Positions 39,157 through 49,778 of a stretch of DNA of 64,000 bases are shown one piece after another. Position 1 is the stretch's first letter. Every line of letters begins with the position of its first letter. The notes beneath the pieces were generated by a model that did not search any database, was not told where the DNA came from, and was given only the letters and a program-made list of their open reading frames with translations. The position numbers were made by a program, and so were the translations under genes. Source of the DNA: Alphaproteobacteria bacterium (GTDB taxonomy: Bacteria; Pseudomonadota; Alphaproteobacteria; SP197); NCBI GenBank assembly GCA_964291415.2, contig OZ219918.1, positions 320,001-384,000 on the forward strand. The letters run 5' to 3'.

Positions 39157-40060
39157 GAATCCGTCGCACCGCGATCGGTCCAGCCATGAGTAAACGAGCG
39201 CGTTGACCTTTGCGTACCCTGCTGTTTTCCAGGAATCGAATCATCCGCGGGACGCGGATGATTGGACCAATGACCCGACGGGTCTGCGCCCCGGCAAATG
39301 ACCGAATCCCTGTTCCAGCCGTCGCTCGCACGGACGTCACATGACAGGTAACGCATCGCCAGACCGCAACGGCGACGATCGGACCGGTTGGGTTCCGATC
39401 CGTGGAGGACCCAGTCGCTGTGGAGCGAAATCTGACCGGCCTTGAGCTCGAGCGAAACCGGTGCATCGCCATAGCGTTCCGGGTTGTCGACAGTCTGGCT
39501 GAGAACATTGTGCTCTTCCGGCGTACTGCGGCGAAAGGGAACACCCGGGTGCAGATGCGAGCGGGGAATGACCCGCATCGCGCCGTTCGCCAGACAGGAA
39601 TCGTCAATGGCGAGCCAGACCGAGATCACCTTGCTCGGTGTCAATGGCCAGTAAGAGGCGTCCTGATGCCAGCTCACGCGATGGCCGTCACCGGGAAGCT
39701 TGATGAAAAAGTGGCAGTTCCGGAGAATGACCGTTCTGCCCAGGAAATCCTCCACGATATCGACGATGCGGGGATGGGTGACGAGATCGTAGACGCCTCG
39801 GCAATAGAGGTGCCGTCGAAATTGGTCAGTTCGCCCGCCGTCCAGCCGGCGGCAAGCGCCCTCGTCAGCAGGTGGTCGAAGTACTCTCGAATGTCTGCCA
39901 CTTCGCGATCGCTGAAGACATCGACCGGTGCCAGAAATCCCTGATCGTTGTAGCGTGAAATCTGCTCCTTGCTCACGGTTCCGGGTGACTCCACGCCGAG
40001 CGGACAAAACCTGAGCTCCCGTTCGAGGTCTGGAAACGCGTTCGTATGCCCCGCCATCAT
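39153..40060 (-). pseudogene. Phytanoyl-CoA dioxygenase (PhyH) family, frameshifted
   Basis: N-terminal EQISRYNDQGFL is in one frame; HPRIVD, WHQDA and LHGSEPN are in another; shift near 39815-39840. Confidence 0.8.
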
Positions 40061-40324
40061 GTCTTCCCTGTCAGGATGACCGGCCCAATGACTGGTCCAG
40101 CACTCATGGTAGTGCAATGGCGCCTCCCCGGCCAAGCTGGTCATATGGCGTGCGAACCTCGCGTTCGCCCAGGCCAGGAGACTCCACAGGCTCGTCCGAT
40201 TGAGCCTGTGCAGAACATTGTGTGCTGACGTGGACTGCGGCGATCCATCCAAAGGGCGTCAAGGCTCGCCTTGCACCCGGACCGTCTGTCCGGCAGAAGG
40301 TGATGGGCGATCCGGAAGGGACAC

Positions 40325-41428
40325 ATGACGACGATTCCCTCGACCATGGCGGCCGTCCTGCTCACCGGCCACGGTGGGCTGGACGTGCTGGAGTACCGGG
40401 AGGACGTGCCCGTCCCCGATCCCGCGACGGGCGAGGTGCTGATCAGGGTTGCCGCCGCGGGGATCAACAACACGGATATCAACACGCGGATTGGCTGGTA
40501 TTCGAAGAAGGTGACAGGCGCGACATCCGAAGGTCCGGCGGCAATCGACGCATCCGACGCGTCTTGGGCCGGTGTGGCGATGACGTTTCCGAGAATCCAG
40601 GGAGCCGACTGCTGCGGCAGGATCGTCGCCACCGGCGAAGGTGTCGATCCCGCACGCATGGACGAGCGCGTCATCGTCCGGAGCGTGATTCCCGCGCCTG
40701 CGGCATCGAATCCGTTCGAGTGCTGGACCTTCGGGTCGGAGCGCGACGGCGCCTTCGCCCAGTTCGCCGTGGCGCCGTCTGCCGAGGCGTACGCCGTGAC
40801 GAGCGACTGGACGGATGCCGAACTGGCCTCCGTTCCCTGTGCCTGGTCGACCGCCGAGAACATGCTGGAACGGGCGCGTGTGGGGGCGGAGCGGATTCTC
40901 GTGACCGGTGCCTCCGGTGGTGTCGGGTCGGCGGCGGTGCAGCTGGCCCGGCGCCGGGGAGCCACGGTCATCGCGGTGGCCGGTGCCGCCAAGGCGGAAG
41001 GTGTCCTGTCGCTCGGGGCCAGCGAGGTGATCGACCGCGATGCCGATCCCGCCGCCGCGCTCGGACAGGAATCGGTCGACGCGGTCATCGACGTCGTGGG
41101 CGGCGCGGCATGGCCGCGTTTCCTTGACATCCTGAAGCGCGGCGGCCGGTACGCGACATCCGGCGCCATCAGCGGGCCGCTGGTCGAGCTCGATCTGCGG
41201 ACACTCTATCTCAAGGACCTGACGCTCGTCGGCTGCACGGCCCAGGACGACATCGTCTTTGACAACGTGGTGCGTGCCGTCGAGGAGGGCACCGTGCGCC
41301 CCCTGGTGGCCGCCACCTTCCCGCTCAGCGAGATCAGGAAGGCGCAACGCACCTTCATGGCCAAGGCCCATATCGGAAAGCTCGTCCTCCTTCCGCCTCC
41401 GGTGAAGGGAGAGGGCCGGGCAGGCTGA
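40325..41428 (+). CDS. MDR-family alcohol dehydrogenase / quinone oxidoreductase-like
   Basis: AAGINNTD, PRIQGAD, VTGASGGVG, HIGKLVL. Confidence 0.9.
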   Translation: MTTIPSTMAAVLLTGHGGLDVLEYREDVPVPDPATGEVLIRVAAAGINNTDINTRIGWYSKKVTGATSEGPAAIDASDASWAGVAMTFPRIQGADCCGRIVATGEGVDPARMDERVIVRSVIPAPAASNPFECWTFGSERDGAFAQFAVAPSAEAYAVTSDWTDAELASVPCAWSTAENMLERARVGAERILVTGASGGVGSAAVQLARRRGATVIAVAGAAKAEGVLSLGASEVIDRDADPAAALGQESVDAVIDVVGGAAWPRFLDILKRGGRYATSGAISGPLVELDLRTLYLKDLTLVGCTAQDDIVFDNVVRAVEEGTVRPLVAATFPLSEIRKAQRTFMAKAHIGKLVLLPPPVKGEGRAG

Positions 41429-41441
41429 AAAGAGGAGGAAC

Positions 41442-42677
41442 GTGACCGTGCCCGTCATCAATGGCGCGAGATTGCTGCGCGACCTCGAGGCGCTTCGCAC
41501 GTTTGGCAAGTGCGGCAACGGCGTGGTTCGCCAGTCCCTGAGCGAGATCGACATGGAGTCGCGCCGCTGGCTGGTGGAGCGCATGTCGGATGCCGGACTC
41601 GATGCTCGCATCGATGGCATCGGCACGGTCTTCGGCCGCTCGCGCAATCCCGGAAAGGCGCTGCTCGTCGGATCCCACACGGATACCCAGCCCACGGGAG
41701 GCTGGCTCGATGGCACCCTGGGTGTCATGTACGGCCTCGAAACGGTGCGCGCCTTCGCCGAGTCCCGCGAAACCCGGGATCTTGCCGTCGATGTCGCTTC
41801 CTGGATCGACGAGGAAGGGACCTTCTTCGGCCTGCTGGGAAGCAAGATGTTCTGTGGCCTCGTCGGGGAGGCCGAGCTTGACGGGGCCAGCGACGCCGGC
41901 GGGCGGACCTTGCGGACAGCGCTCCGCGATGCCGGTCTCGAGGGGTGCCCTGTTGAACGCTGCGTACCCGACCGGTACCGGGCCTACATGGAAGCCCACA
42001 TCGAACAGGGGCCGTGGCTCGAGGAGGAAAGGAGGCGCGTCGGCGTCGTCACCGGCATCGTCGGCATCCGGGATATGTCGATCCGGTTCGAAGGTCAGCA
42101 GAACCACGCAGGCACGACCCCGATGGCGCGACGCCGGGACGCCGGTGCGGCGCTGGTGGCCTTCGCCGCACGCGTTCACGAGGTGTTTGCCGTCCATGCC
42201 GGACCACGTTCCGTGTGGACGATCGGCAACATTCGTCTCGAACCGGGCACTGCCAGCATCATTCCGGGACGAGCGTGGATGTCCCTGCAGTACCGCGATG
42301 CCGATGAGACGCGGATGGACCAGTTCGGGGTTCTTGTCGAGGAACTGGTCCGCGAGTGCAATGCGTGCGGTCCGGCGACCGTGTCGATGGAGCCGGCGAA
42401 GGACCGGACCGCCGCTGCCCTCATGGACGCGGATCTGCAGCGATACCTCGAGGCGGCGGCCGAGCGCCATGCCCCGGGCGCATGGATGCCGATGCCGAGT
42501 GCGGCGGCCCATGACGCCCAGAACCTCGCACGGATCCTGCCCAGCGCCATGCTCTTTGTGCCGAGCAAGGGCGGCATCAGCCATGCCTTCGAGGAAGACA
42601 CCTCAAGGGAGGATATCGTCCTCGGGTGCCAGGTCTTCGCCGACGCCATCGCCTCGGTCCTGCTCGAGGGAACATGA
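41442..42677 (+). CDS. M20 Zn-hydrolase, N-carbamoylase/allantoate amidohydrolase family
   Basis: GSHTD, DEEG, EAHIEQG, NHAGTTPM, AHDA, GISH. Confidence 0.92.
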   Translation: MTVPVINGARLLRDLEALRTFGKCGNGVVRQSLSEIDMESRRWLVERMSDAGLDARIDGIGTVFGRSRNPGKALLVGSHTDTQPTGGWLDGTLGVMYGLETVRAFAESRETRDLAVDVASWIDEEGTFFGLLGSKMFCGLVGEAELDGASDAGGRTLRTALRDAGLEGCPVERCVPDRYRAYMEAHIEQGPWLEEERRRVGVVTGIVGIRDMSIRFEGQQNHAGTTPMARRRDAGAALVAFAARVHEVFAVHAGPRSVWTIGNIRLEPGTASIIPGRAWMSLQYRDADETRMDQFGVLVEELVRECNACGPATVSMEPAKDRTAAALMDADLQRYLEAAAERHAPGAWMPMPSAAAHDAQNLARILPSAMLFVPSKGGISHAFEEDTSREDIVLGCQVFADAIASVLLEGT

Positions 42678-42749
42678 CCGGGGCAAAGTCGTGCAACGGC
42701 ACCGCTCGTCGTGCATGATGTTCGTTGCATGCACGAAGGGGATTCGCTC

Positions 42750-43706
42750 ATGGAGCAGAGAACGTTCGGTCACTCCGGCCTGCAGGTGTCGCTTGCCGGC
42801 ATGGGCTGCAACACGCTCGGCTGGTGGGTGGGCGAGGACCAGGGAACGCGGGTGGTTCATGCGGCTCTCGATTCCGGTGTGGCTCTCTTCGATACGGCGG
42901 ACATGTACGACGACGGAACCTCGGAGAGCATTCTGGGAAAGGCGCTTGCCGGCCGCCGGCAGGACGTTGCGATCGTATCGAAGTTCGGCCTGAAGACGGC
43001 AAGCGACCAGCGCGACATTCCACGCGGGTCGCGCGACTACATCATCCGTTCCTGCGAGGGCAGCCTGCGCCGGCTCGACACCGACTACATCGATCTCTAC
43101 CTGCATCACGCACCCGATCCCGTGACCCCGGTGGCGGAAACGCTCGATGCCCTCGACCGCCTGATCGACCAGGGAAAGATCCGCTACTACGGCTGTTCCA
43201 ACTACAGGGGCTGGCAGATCGCGGATGCCGCCTGGCAGGCCGATAGCATGTGTGTTCCCCGGTTCGTTGCCGCGCAGAACAAGTGGAATCTTCTGGCACG
43301 GGAGACCGAAACCGAGGTGGTTCCGGCAGCCCGGCGGTTCGAACTTGGCATCATGCCGTACTATCCGCTGGCCATGGGGTTTCTGACCGGCAAGTACACG
43401 GCGGGCGGAAAACCGCCCGAGTCGTCCCGTCTGTCGGCGGGCGAGACAGACCGCTCCTCACTGCTGTCGGCGGAGAACTACGAACGTCTCGACAGGCTTG
43501 CGGCCTATGCCGCGGACCGCGGAAAGAGCCTCCTGGAACTCGCCATCGGCTGGCTGGCGAGTCATGATATAGTCACCACCGTGATCTGCGGAGCGACCAG
43601 GGAGGATCAGGTGAAGGCCAATGCGGCGGCTACCGGTGCCTGGAAGATGACGGCCAGTGAAGTCGACGAGATCGCCGCCATCGCCGGACACTCCGAAGGG
43701 ACGTGA
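42750..43706 (+). CDS. Aldo/keto reductase
   Basis: FDTADMY, SKFG, SLRRLDTDYIDLY, GKIRYYGCSN. Confidence 0.92.
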   Translation: MEQRTFGHSGLQVSLAGMGCNTLGWWVGEDQGTRVVHAALDSGVALFDTADMYDDGTSESILGKALAGRRQDVAIVSKFGLKTASDQRDIPRGSRDYIIRSCEGSLRRLDTDYIDLYLHHAPDPVTPVAETLDALDRLIDQGKIRYYGCSNYRGWQIADAAWQADSMCVPRFVAAQNKWNLLARETETEVVPAARRFELGIMPYYPLAMGFLTGKYTAGGKPPESSRLSAGETDRSSLLSAENYERLDRLAAYAADRGKSLLELAIGWLASHDIVTTVICGATREDQVKANAAATGAWKMTASEVDEIAAIAGHSEGT

Positions 43707-43709
43707 TCC

Positions 43710-43928
43710 ATGCCTCTTGTGTTCCGCCACCTCCTCCTTGCCGCGGCCAGGCGGGCTGCGTCCGACCCCAGGGTGAGGGCGAAGGCGAAGGAGATCTACG
43801 AAGAGAAGGCCCGCCCGGTTCTGGCCAGAAAGGCGCGTGAACTGAAAGAGGAGGCAACCAGGCGCGATCCCGGAGAGCATCCCGCACGGTTCGTGGGGCG
43901 CGCCTTCAAGCGGTTTCTCGACGGCTGA
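43710..43928 (+). CDS. Small basic hypothetical protein (72 aa)
   Basis: Fits tightly between the AKR and MFS genes; RBS-like GAAGGG; GC-rich third positions. Confidence 0.6.
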   Translation: MPLVFRHLLLAAARRAASDPRVRAKAKEIYEEKARPVLARKARELKEEATRRDPGEHPARFVGRAFKRFLDG

Positions 43929-43945
43929 CGGCTCCCCCCGGGACC

Positions 43946-45163
43946 ATGGATCGTTCCTGGAGATCACCCCTGGTGGTGATCGCGGCGGGCTGCGTCATTG
44001 CGATGATCGGCTTTGGCGTTCGCTCGGTCTTCGGGCTCTTCCAGGAGCCCGTGTCGCTTCATCACGGCTGGAACCGGGAAGTGTTCTCCATGGCGCTCGC
44101 CGTGCAGAACCTCCTCTGGGGTCTTGGCGTTCCGGTAGCCGGGATGATCGCCGACCGCTTCGGTCCCAGCCGGGTGATCATCGGCGGTGCGATCGTCTAT
44201 GCCTTCGGCATCTGGGCGATGTCCGTTGTCGAGACCGGCACCATGTTCGTTCTCGCAGCCGGTGTCCTGGTCGGTCTCGGCGTCGCCTTCACCGCCTTTT
44301 CCCTGGCGCTTGCCTCCATGGCCCGTGTCGTGGCGACGGAGCGGCGTTCCTTCGTCCTCGGGCTCGGTACTGCCGCCGGCTCCTTCGGCCAGTTCGTCTT
44401 TTCGCCCAATGCCCAGTTCGCCATCAGCCTGTTCGAATGGCAGGGCGCGCTCATGGTCCTGGCGGCGGCATCCCTGGTGATGATTCCCTTGGCCGTCATG
44501 TTGCCCGCTTCGTCTCCGGCCGTTGACGAAGCCGTGCACGAACAGGGCATGCGGGATGCCATCGTCGAGGCGGGACGGCATTCCGGGTACGTGCTGTTGA
44601 CTCTCGGGTTCTTTGTCTGCGGTTTCCAGATTGCCTTCATCACGGTGCATTTTCCGGCATTCGTGACCGGATCGGGTTTCAGTCCGGCGGTGGCTGCCTG
44701 GTCATTGGGCCTGGTGGGCGCCTTCAACATCGTCGGCTGCCTCCTGGCGGGCGTGGCCGGACAGCGCTGGAGCAAGCGCTACAGTCTTTCCGCCATCTAC
44801 TTTCTGAGGGCCGTGCTCATTGTCGCCCTGATGCTGGCTCCGAAGACCCACGCCACGATCTATCTCTTTGCCGGATGCATGGGCCTCATCTGGCTGGCCA
44901 CTGTGCCCCTGACATCGGGAATCGTCGCCCAGGTCTTCGGCACCCGCTACATGGCCACCCTCTTCGGAATCGTCTTCTTCAGTCATCAGGCCGGCAGCTT
45001 CATCGGTGTCTGGCTGGGAGGGCGGCTCTTTGATGCGACAGGTTCCTACGATGTGATCTGGTGGATCAGTGCGGTGCTTGGGCTGCTCGCCTGCCTGGTC
45101 CATCTTCCCATCAACGAGAGACCACTGGCGCGCCTTGCCGTCGCTCCGCAACGGGGCGCGTGA
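43946..45163 (+). CDS. MFS transporter
   Basis: GMIADRFG, GFFVCGFQ, LATVPLTSG, FFSHQ. Confidence 0.92.
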   Translation: MDRSWRSPLVVIAAGCVIAMIGFGVRSVFGLFQEPVSLHHGWNREVFSMALAVQNLLWGLGVPVAGMIADRFGPSRVIIGGAIVYAFGIWAMSVVETGTMFVLAAGVLVGLGVAFTAFSLALASMARVVATERRSFVLGLGTAAGSFGQFVFSPNAQFAISLFEWQGALMVLAAASLVMIPLAVMLPASSPAVDEAVHEQGMRDAIVEAGRHSGYVLLTLGFFVCGFQIAFITVHFPAFVTGSGFSPAVAAWSLGLVGAFNIVGCLLAGVAGQRWSKRYSLSAIYFLRAVLIVALMLAPKTHATIYLFAGCMGLIWLATVPLTSGIVAQVFGTRYMATLFGIVFFSHQAGSFIGVWLGGRLFDATGSYDVIWWISAVLGLLACLVHLPINERPLARLAVAPQRGA

Positions 45164-45205
45164 TCATCGATGAATGCCCGCCATGAGAGATGAAGGATTG
45201 CCTGC

Positions 45206-47824
45206 ATGACCATGGAAGAAACCCGCCTTGCCGACTACCGGCCCTTTCCCTGGCGCATCGACACCGTCGTTCTTCATGTCTCACTCGATCCCGATGCGAC
45301 GACCGTTCACGCCAGGCTGGCCATCGAGGCGGCGCCCGGTGGCGAGCCACTGACACTCGATGGAGACAACCTGCCCCTCGACATGGTGGCCATTGACGAT
45401 GAGCCTCTGGACGCGTCGGCCTATCGCCATGACAAGACCGGACTCGTCATCCATGAGCCGCCCCGTCGCTTTACCCTGGAGACCCGCACCACCATCGAGC
45501 CGGCTCGCAATGTGGCCCTGGAGGGCCTCTACATGTCGTCGGGGATCTACTGCACGCAGTGCGAGGCCGAGGGGTTCCGCCGTATCACGTTCTTTCCCGA
45601 CCGTCCCGACGTGCTCGCCACCTACACCGTCGCCATCGATGCCGATCGCAGCAGCTGCCCGGTTCTCCTTTCCAACGGCAATCTCCTGAAGGAACATGAT
45701 CTGGGAGACGGTCGGCACCGCACGGTCTGGCACGATCCCTTTCCGAAACCTTCCTATCTCTTCGCCCTGGTTGCCGGGGATCTCGGTTGCCTCGAGGATA
45801 CCTTCACCACCGCCTCGGGCTGCGAGGTCAGCTTGCGGATCTGGAGCGAGCACGGCAACACAGACAAGTGCCGCTACGCCATGGATTCCCTCAAGCGGGC
45901 CATGCGCTGGGACGAGGAACGCTACAGTCTGGAATACGACCTCGACACGTTCAACATCGTCGCCGTTGCCGATTTCAACGCCGGAGCGATGGAGAACAAG
46001 AGCCTCAACATCTTCAACTCGAGCCTGGTTCTCGCCAGTCCGCAGACGGCAACGGACGGAAACTATGAAGCCATCGAGAGCGTCATAGCCCACGAGTATT
46101 TTCACAACTGGACCGGTGACCGCGTGACCTGCCGCGACTGGTTCCAGCTCTCTCTCAAGGAAGGGCTCACCGTCTACCGGGACCAGGAATTCACGGCCGA
46201 CATGAGAAGCCGCCCGGTCAAGCGGATCGATGACGTGCGTCGCCTGCGCGCCGCGCAGTTTCCCGAGGATGCCGGACCCATGGCGCACCCGGTGCGCCCG
46301 TCGAGCTACGTCGAGATCAACAACTTCTACACGCCGACGGTCTACGAGAAGGGAGCGGAAGTCATCCGCATGATGGAGCGCATCCTCGGCAGGGACGGGT
46401 TCCGCAAGGGCATGGACCTCTACATCGAACGCCATGACGGCATGGCGGTGACCTGCGACGACTTCATTGCCGCCATGGCGGATGCCAACGGGGCCGATCT
46501 CGGCCACTTCAGCCTGTGGTACAGCCAGGCCGGCACACCGGAAGTGACCGCCTCGGGCCGATGGCTTGCCGACGAGGCGACATATGAACTCGTGCTCGAA
46601 CAGGAAACGCCACCGACGCCCGGCCAGGCAGCCAAGGAAGCACTTCGCATTCCCCTTGAAGTCGGTCTTGTCGGTCCCAACGGCAACGACATGGAGGTGA
46701 CCCTCGAGGGCAGGACTGCCTCGAGCCATGTCCTAGATCTCGATCGGCCCTCACGGACATTCCGTTTCGAGGGCGTCGGAGCCCGGCCCGTTCTCTCGCT
46801 CAACCGGGATTTCACGGCCCCGGTGCGTGTCACGTCCGATATCGACGATGCCGGTCTGGCCTTCCTCATGGCCCACGACAGCGATCCCTTCGCCCGCTGG
46901 GAGGCCGGCCAGAGTTACGCCACACGTCTGCTTCTCGCCATGATCGCGGCCATCCGTCAGGGCGGCGCACCGGCTACCGACGAGCGATGGCTCGAGGCCA
47001 TGTCGACGACCATTGGCGACACATCCCTCGATCCTGCCTTCAAGGCCCGTGCCCTCGCTCTCCCAGGTGAATCCTGGCTCGCCGAGCAGATGGAGACGGT
47101 GGATGTCGAGGCCATTCATGAGGCGAGGGAGACCATGAGGCTGGCCGCCGCGAATCGTTATGCCGACGGCTGGAGGGCCATGATCGGGGAGGATGATGAA
47201 CCCTACAGTCCCGACGGCGAACAGGCCGGCCGGCGTGCCCTGAAGGGCGTGGCCCTTTCCTACTGTGCCGCGCCTGGTGACGCGGAAGCGGTCGCGCTTG
47301 TCACCGGGGCTTACGCCAGCGCAGGCAACATGACCGATCGCCTCGGGGCGTTGTCGCTGATCGCCGCCATCGACACGCCACACCGCGACAGGTGTCTCAC
47401 GGACTTTCACGACCGGTTTCGCAACGATGACCTGGTGATGGACAAGTGGCTGGGCGTTCAGGCGGCATCGCCCCTCGATGATACGCTCGCCCGGGTCCGC
47501 GACCTGCTCTCCCACGAGGTTTTCAGCCTGGAGAAACCCAACAAGGTCTTCGCCCTCGTCGGCGGTTTTGCGATGGCCAATCCGCTCAACTTCCATCGTC
47601 GCGATGGATCGGGCTATCGCTTTGTTGCGGACCGGCTGCTGGAACTCGACGACATCAATCCCCAGGTAGCGGCGCGGATCATCAACCCGCTCATCCGCTG
47701 GCGCCGCCAGGACAGCGACCGCCAGGCGCTCATGCGCCACGAACTGGAACGGATTCGCGCGAAGGAGAACCTGTCGCCCGACCTTGGCGAGAAGATCACG
47801 AAATCCCTGGAGCAGGAGGAGTAG
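45206..47824 (+). CDS. pepN: Aminopeptidase N
   Basis: TQCEAEGFRRIT, GAMENK, HEYFH, RDWFQLSLKEG, NPQVAAR. Confidence 0.96.
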   Translation: MTMEETRLADYRPFPWRIDTVVLHVSLDPDATTVHARLAIEAAPGGEPLTLDGDNLPLDMVAIDDEPLDASAYRHDKTGLVIHEPPRRFTLETRTTIEPARNVALEGLYMSSGIYCTQCEAEGFRRITFFPDRPDVLATYTVAIDADRSSCPVLLSNGNLLKEHDLGDGRHRTVWHDPFPKPSYLFALVAGDLGCLEDTFTTASGCEVSLRIWSEHGNTDKCRYAMDSLKRAMRWDEERYSLEYDLDTFNIVAVADFNAGAMENKSLNIFNSSLVLASPQTATDGNYEAIESVIAHEYFHNWTGDRVTCRDWFQLSLKEGLTVYRDQEFTADMRSRPVKRIDDVRRLRAAQFPEDAGPMAHPVRPSSYVEINNFYTPTVYEKGAEVIRMMERILGRDGFRKGMDLYIERHDGMAVTCDDFIAAMADANGADLGHFSLWYSQAGTPEVTASGRWLADEATYELVLEQETPPTPGQAAKEALRIPLEVGLVGPNGNDMEVTLEGRTASSHVLDLDRPSRTFRFEGVGARPVLSLNRDFTAPVRVTSDIDDAGLAFLMAHDSDPFARWEAGQSYATRLLLAMIAAIRQGGAPATDERWLEAMSTTIGDTSLDPAFKARALALPGESWLAEQMETVDVEAIHEARETMRLAAANRYADGWRAMIGEDDEPYSPDGEQAGRRALKGVALSYCAAPGDAEAVALVTGAYASAGNMTDRLGALSLIAAIDTPHRDRCLTDFHDRFRNDDLVMDKWLGVQAASPLDDTLARVRDLLSHEVFSLEKPNKVFALVGGFAMANPLNFHRRDGSGYRFVADRLLELDDINPQVAARIINPLIRWRRQDSDRQALMRHELERIRAKENLSPDLGEKITKSLEQEE

Positions 47825-47828
47825 GACC

Positions 47829-48638
47829 GTGCCCCACCTCACCACATCCGGCGCCTCGTTGTGGTACGACCAGACCGGTTCCGGCCCTGACATCGTCTGG
47901 CTTCCCGGAGGCGATCAGCGCGGCTCGGAAATGCGCTGGCAGGTAGAGGGATTCCCGGACTTTCGCAACACGACCATGGATCCCCGGGGCGTGGGGGAGA
48001 CCGAAGCCCTTGTTGGCCCGCCATGGTCCATTCTCGACATGGCGCGCGACTGCGCCGAACTGATCGAGGCGCGCTGTGCGCCCCCTGTGGTGGCGGCGGG
48101 GCTCTCAATGGGTTCGCTCATCGTCCAGGAACTGGCGATCAACTGGCCGCACCTCGTGCGCCTTGCCATCCCCATGGGGACCTTTGCCGTGTCGGAAGGG
48201 TTTTCCCGGGAGTGGATGGAGGCGGAGATCCGCTATCGACGCACGCGCGGCGATCTGCCCTTCGACTTTGCCGTTACCCACTACGCGGCCTTCATGTATC
48301 CGCCGGAGGTGCTGGATGACCCGGAGTTGTGGGCGCGGCTGCGAACGGTGACGGAGGCGGCCTACGGAGAACGGGACGGGGCCATGCTCGACGCCCAGTG
48401 GCAGGCGTGCTGCGAATTCGACACGACGGCCAGGCTCCCCCACTGCGAGGTCCCCATCCACGTCATCGGATTCGGACTCGACATGCAGGCGCCGCCTTCC
48501 CTCGGCCGCAAGTGTGCCGGGCTGGCGGCAAACGGCCACTATCATCACCTCGAGGGTCTCAGCCATCTCTCCCTCTGTGGCCACCGCCACGAGGTGGTGA
48601 ACGCCGCCATACGCGCCATCATCGAAGGCCATGGGTGA
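47829..48638 (+). CDS. Alpha/beta hydrolase
   Basis: DPRGVG, nucleophile elbow GLSMG, C-terminal His. Confidence 0.85.
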   Translation: MPHLTTSGASLWYDQTGSGPDIVWLPGGDQRGSEMRWQVEGFPDFRNTTMDPRGVGETEALVGPPWSILDMARDCAELIEARCAPPVVAAGLSMGSLIVQELAINWPHLVRLAIPMGTFAVSEGFSREWMEAEIRYRRTRGDLPFDFAVTHYAAFMYPPEVLDDPELWARLRTVTEAAYGERDGAMLDAQWQACCEFDTTARLPHCEVPIHVIGFGLDMQAPPSLGRKCAGLAANGHYHHLEGLSHLSLCGHRHEVVNAAIRAIIEGHG

Positions 48639-48895
48639 CGCCCTTCAGCCCGCCGTTCGAATGGCGGAATCCGTCGCCCATCCCTGTTCATGCCCGCCTT
48701 TCAGCTTGCATGCGACGGCGTTCCAGCATCCCTTCACCGTGATGCAGAACCTCAGGGCTGTCGGGAGAGCCGTTGTGAAGCCTCATGGGCAAGCGTAGGG
48801 CCCGCCGGAAGGGCAGCGATGTCCCGGATGGGAAGGAAACCAACCGTGATAACGGTCCTCCGCCAAGCCAGTTTGTGAACGCCAGAGAGACCACG

Positions 48896-49679
48896 ATGAG
48901 CTTTACCGACAAGTCGGTTCTGGTCACGGGCTCCACCACCGGGATCGGCGAGGCGAGTGTCCGAGCCTTTGCCGCACAGGGGGCCCCGGGTGCTTGTCAC
49001 CGGGCGCAATGCGGAACGGGGCGCAAACATCTGTGCGGAGATTGAGGGACACGGAGGAACTGCCGAGTTCTGCCGGGCGGACCTCTCCGATCGCGCCGAG
49101 TGCGACCGTTTGGTGTCCGAATGCGTCCAACGCTTCGGCCGTCTCGACATCCTTGTGAACAATGCCGGGGTTCTTCACGAAGGCACGGCCCTCACGACAT
49201 CGGATCACGCCTGGGACGAGACGATGACGGTCAACGTCAGCTCCGTCTTCTTCATGAGTCGCGCTGCCCTCAGGCAGATGAGTGCGCAGGGAAGCGGCTG
49301 CATCGTGAATACGGCATCGGAATGGGGCCTCAATGGGGAGGCGAACTATGTCGCCTATTGCACCAGCAAGGGTGCTGTCGTGCAGATGACCCGCTGCATG
49401 GCGCTCGATCATGCGGCCGAGGGTATCCGGGTGAACGCCGTGTGCCCGGGCGAGACCCATACGGAGATGCTGGACAGGATGCTGCACGACCAGGGGGGAG
49501 ACTTCGACGAGAACCTGCGGAACTTCGCCGCCGGCATCCCGATGCGCCGCGTTGCCAGTGCCGGTGAGGTTGCCCGGTGCATTCTGTTTCTGGCCTCCGA
49601 TGAGGCGAGCTACGTGACCGGGACGACGCTGGTTGTCGACGGCGGGAACGACGCGACGGCAGGAGCCTACGGACCGTAG
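48896..49679 (+). pseudogene. Short-chain dehydrogenase/reductase with +1 frameshift
   Basis: TGSTTGIG is in one frame; NNAG, YCTSK and VDGG are in another; extra C in the run at 48984-48987. Confidence 0.85.
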
Positions 49680-49778
49680 GAAAGCGCGGCCATGCCGCTC
49701 GGCGAGTGATCGGACAAACGTGACGCGTCCGGCTGCCTCCCGGCGATCGCCGGGATTGTCCGTTGCGGGGAGGCCCGG

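Noticed and set aside
48745-48840. Glycine-riboswitch-like words (CTCAGG, GGAGAG, CCGGAAGG) upstream of the SDR
   Set aside because: Order and stems do not form an aptamer; no closing CTCTCAGG after the GAAGG.
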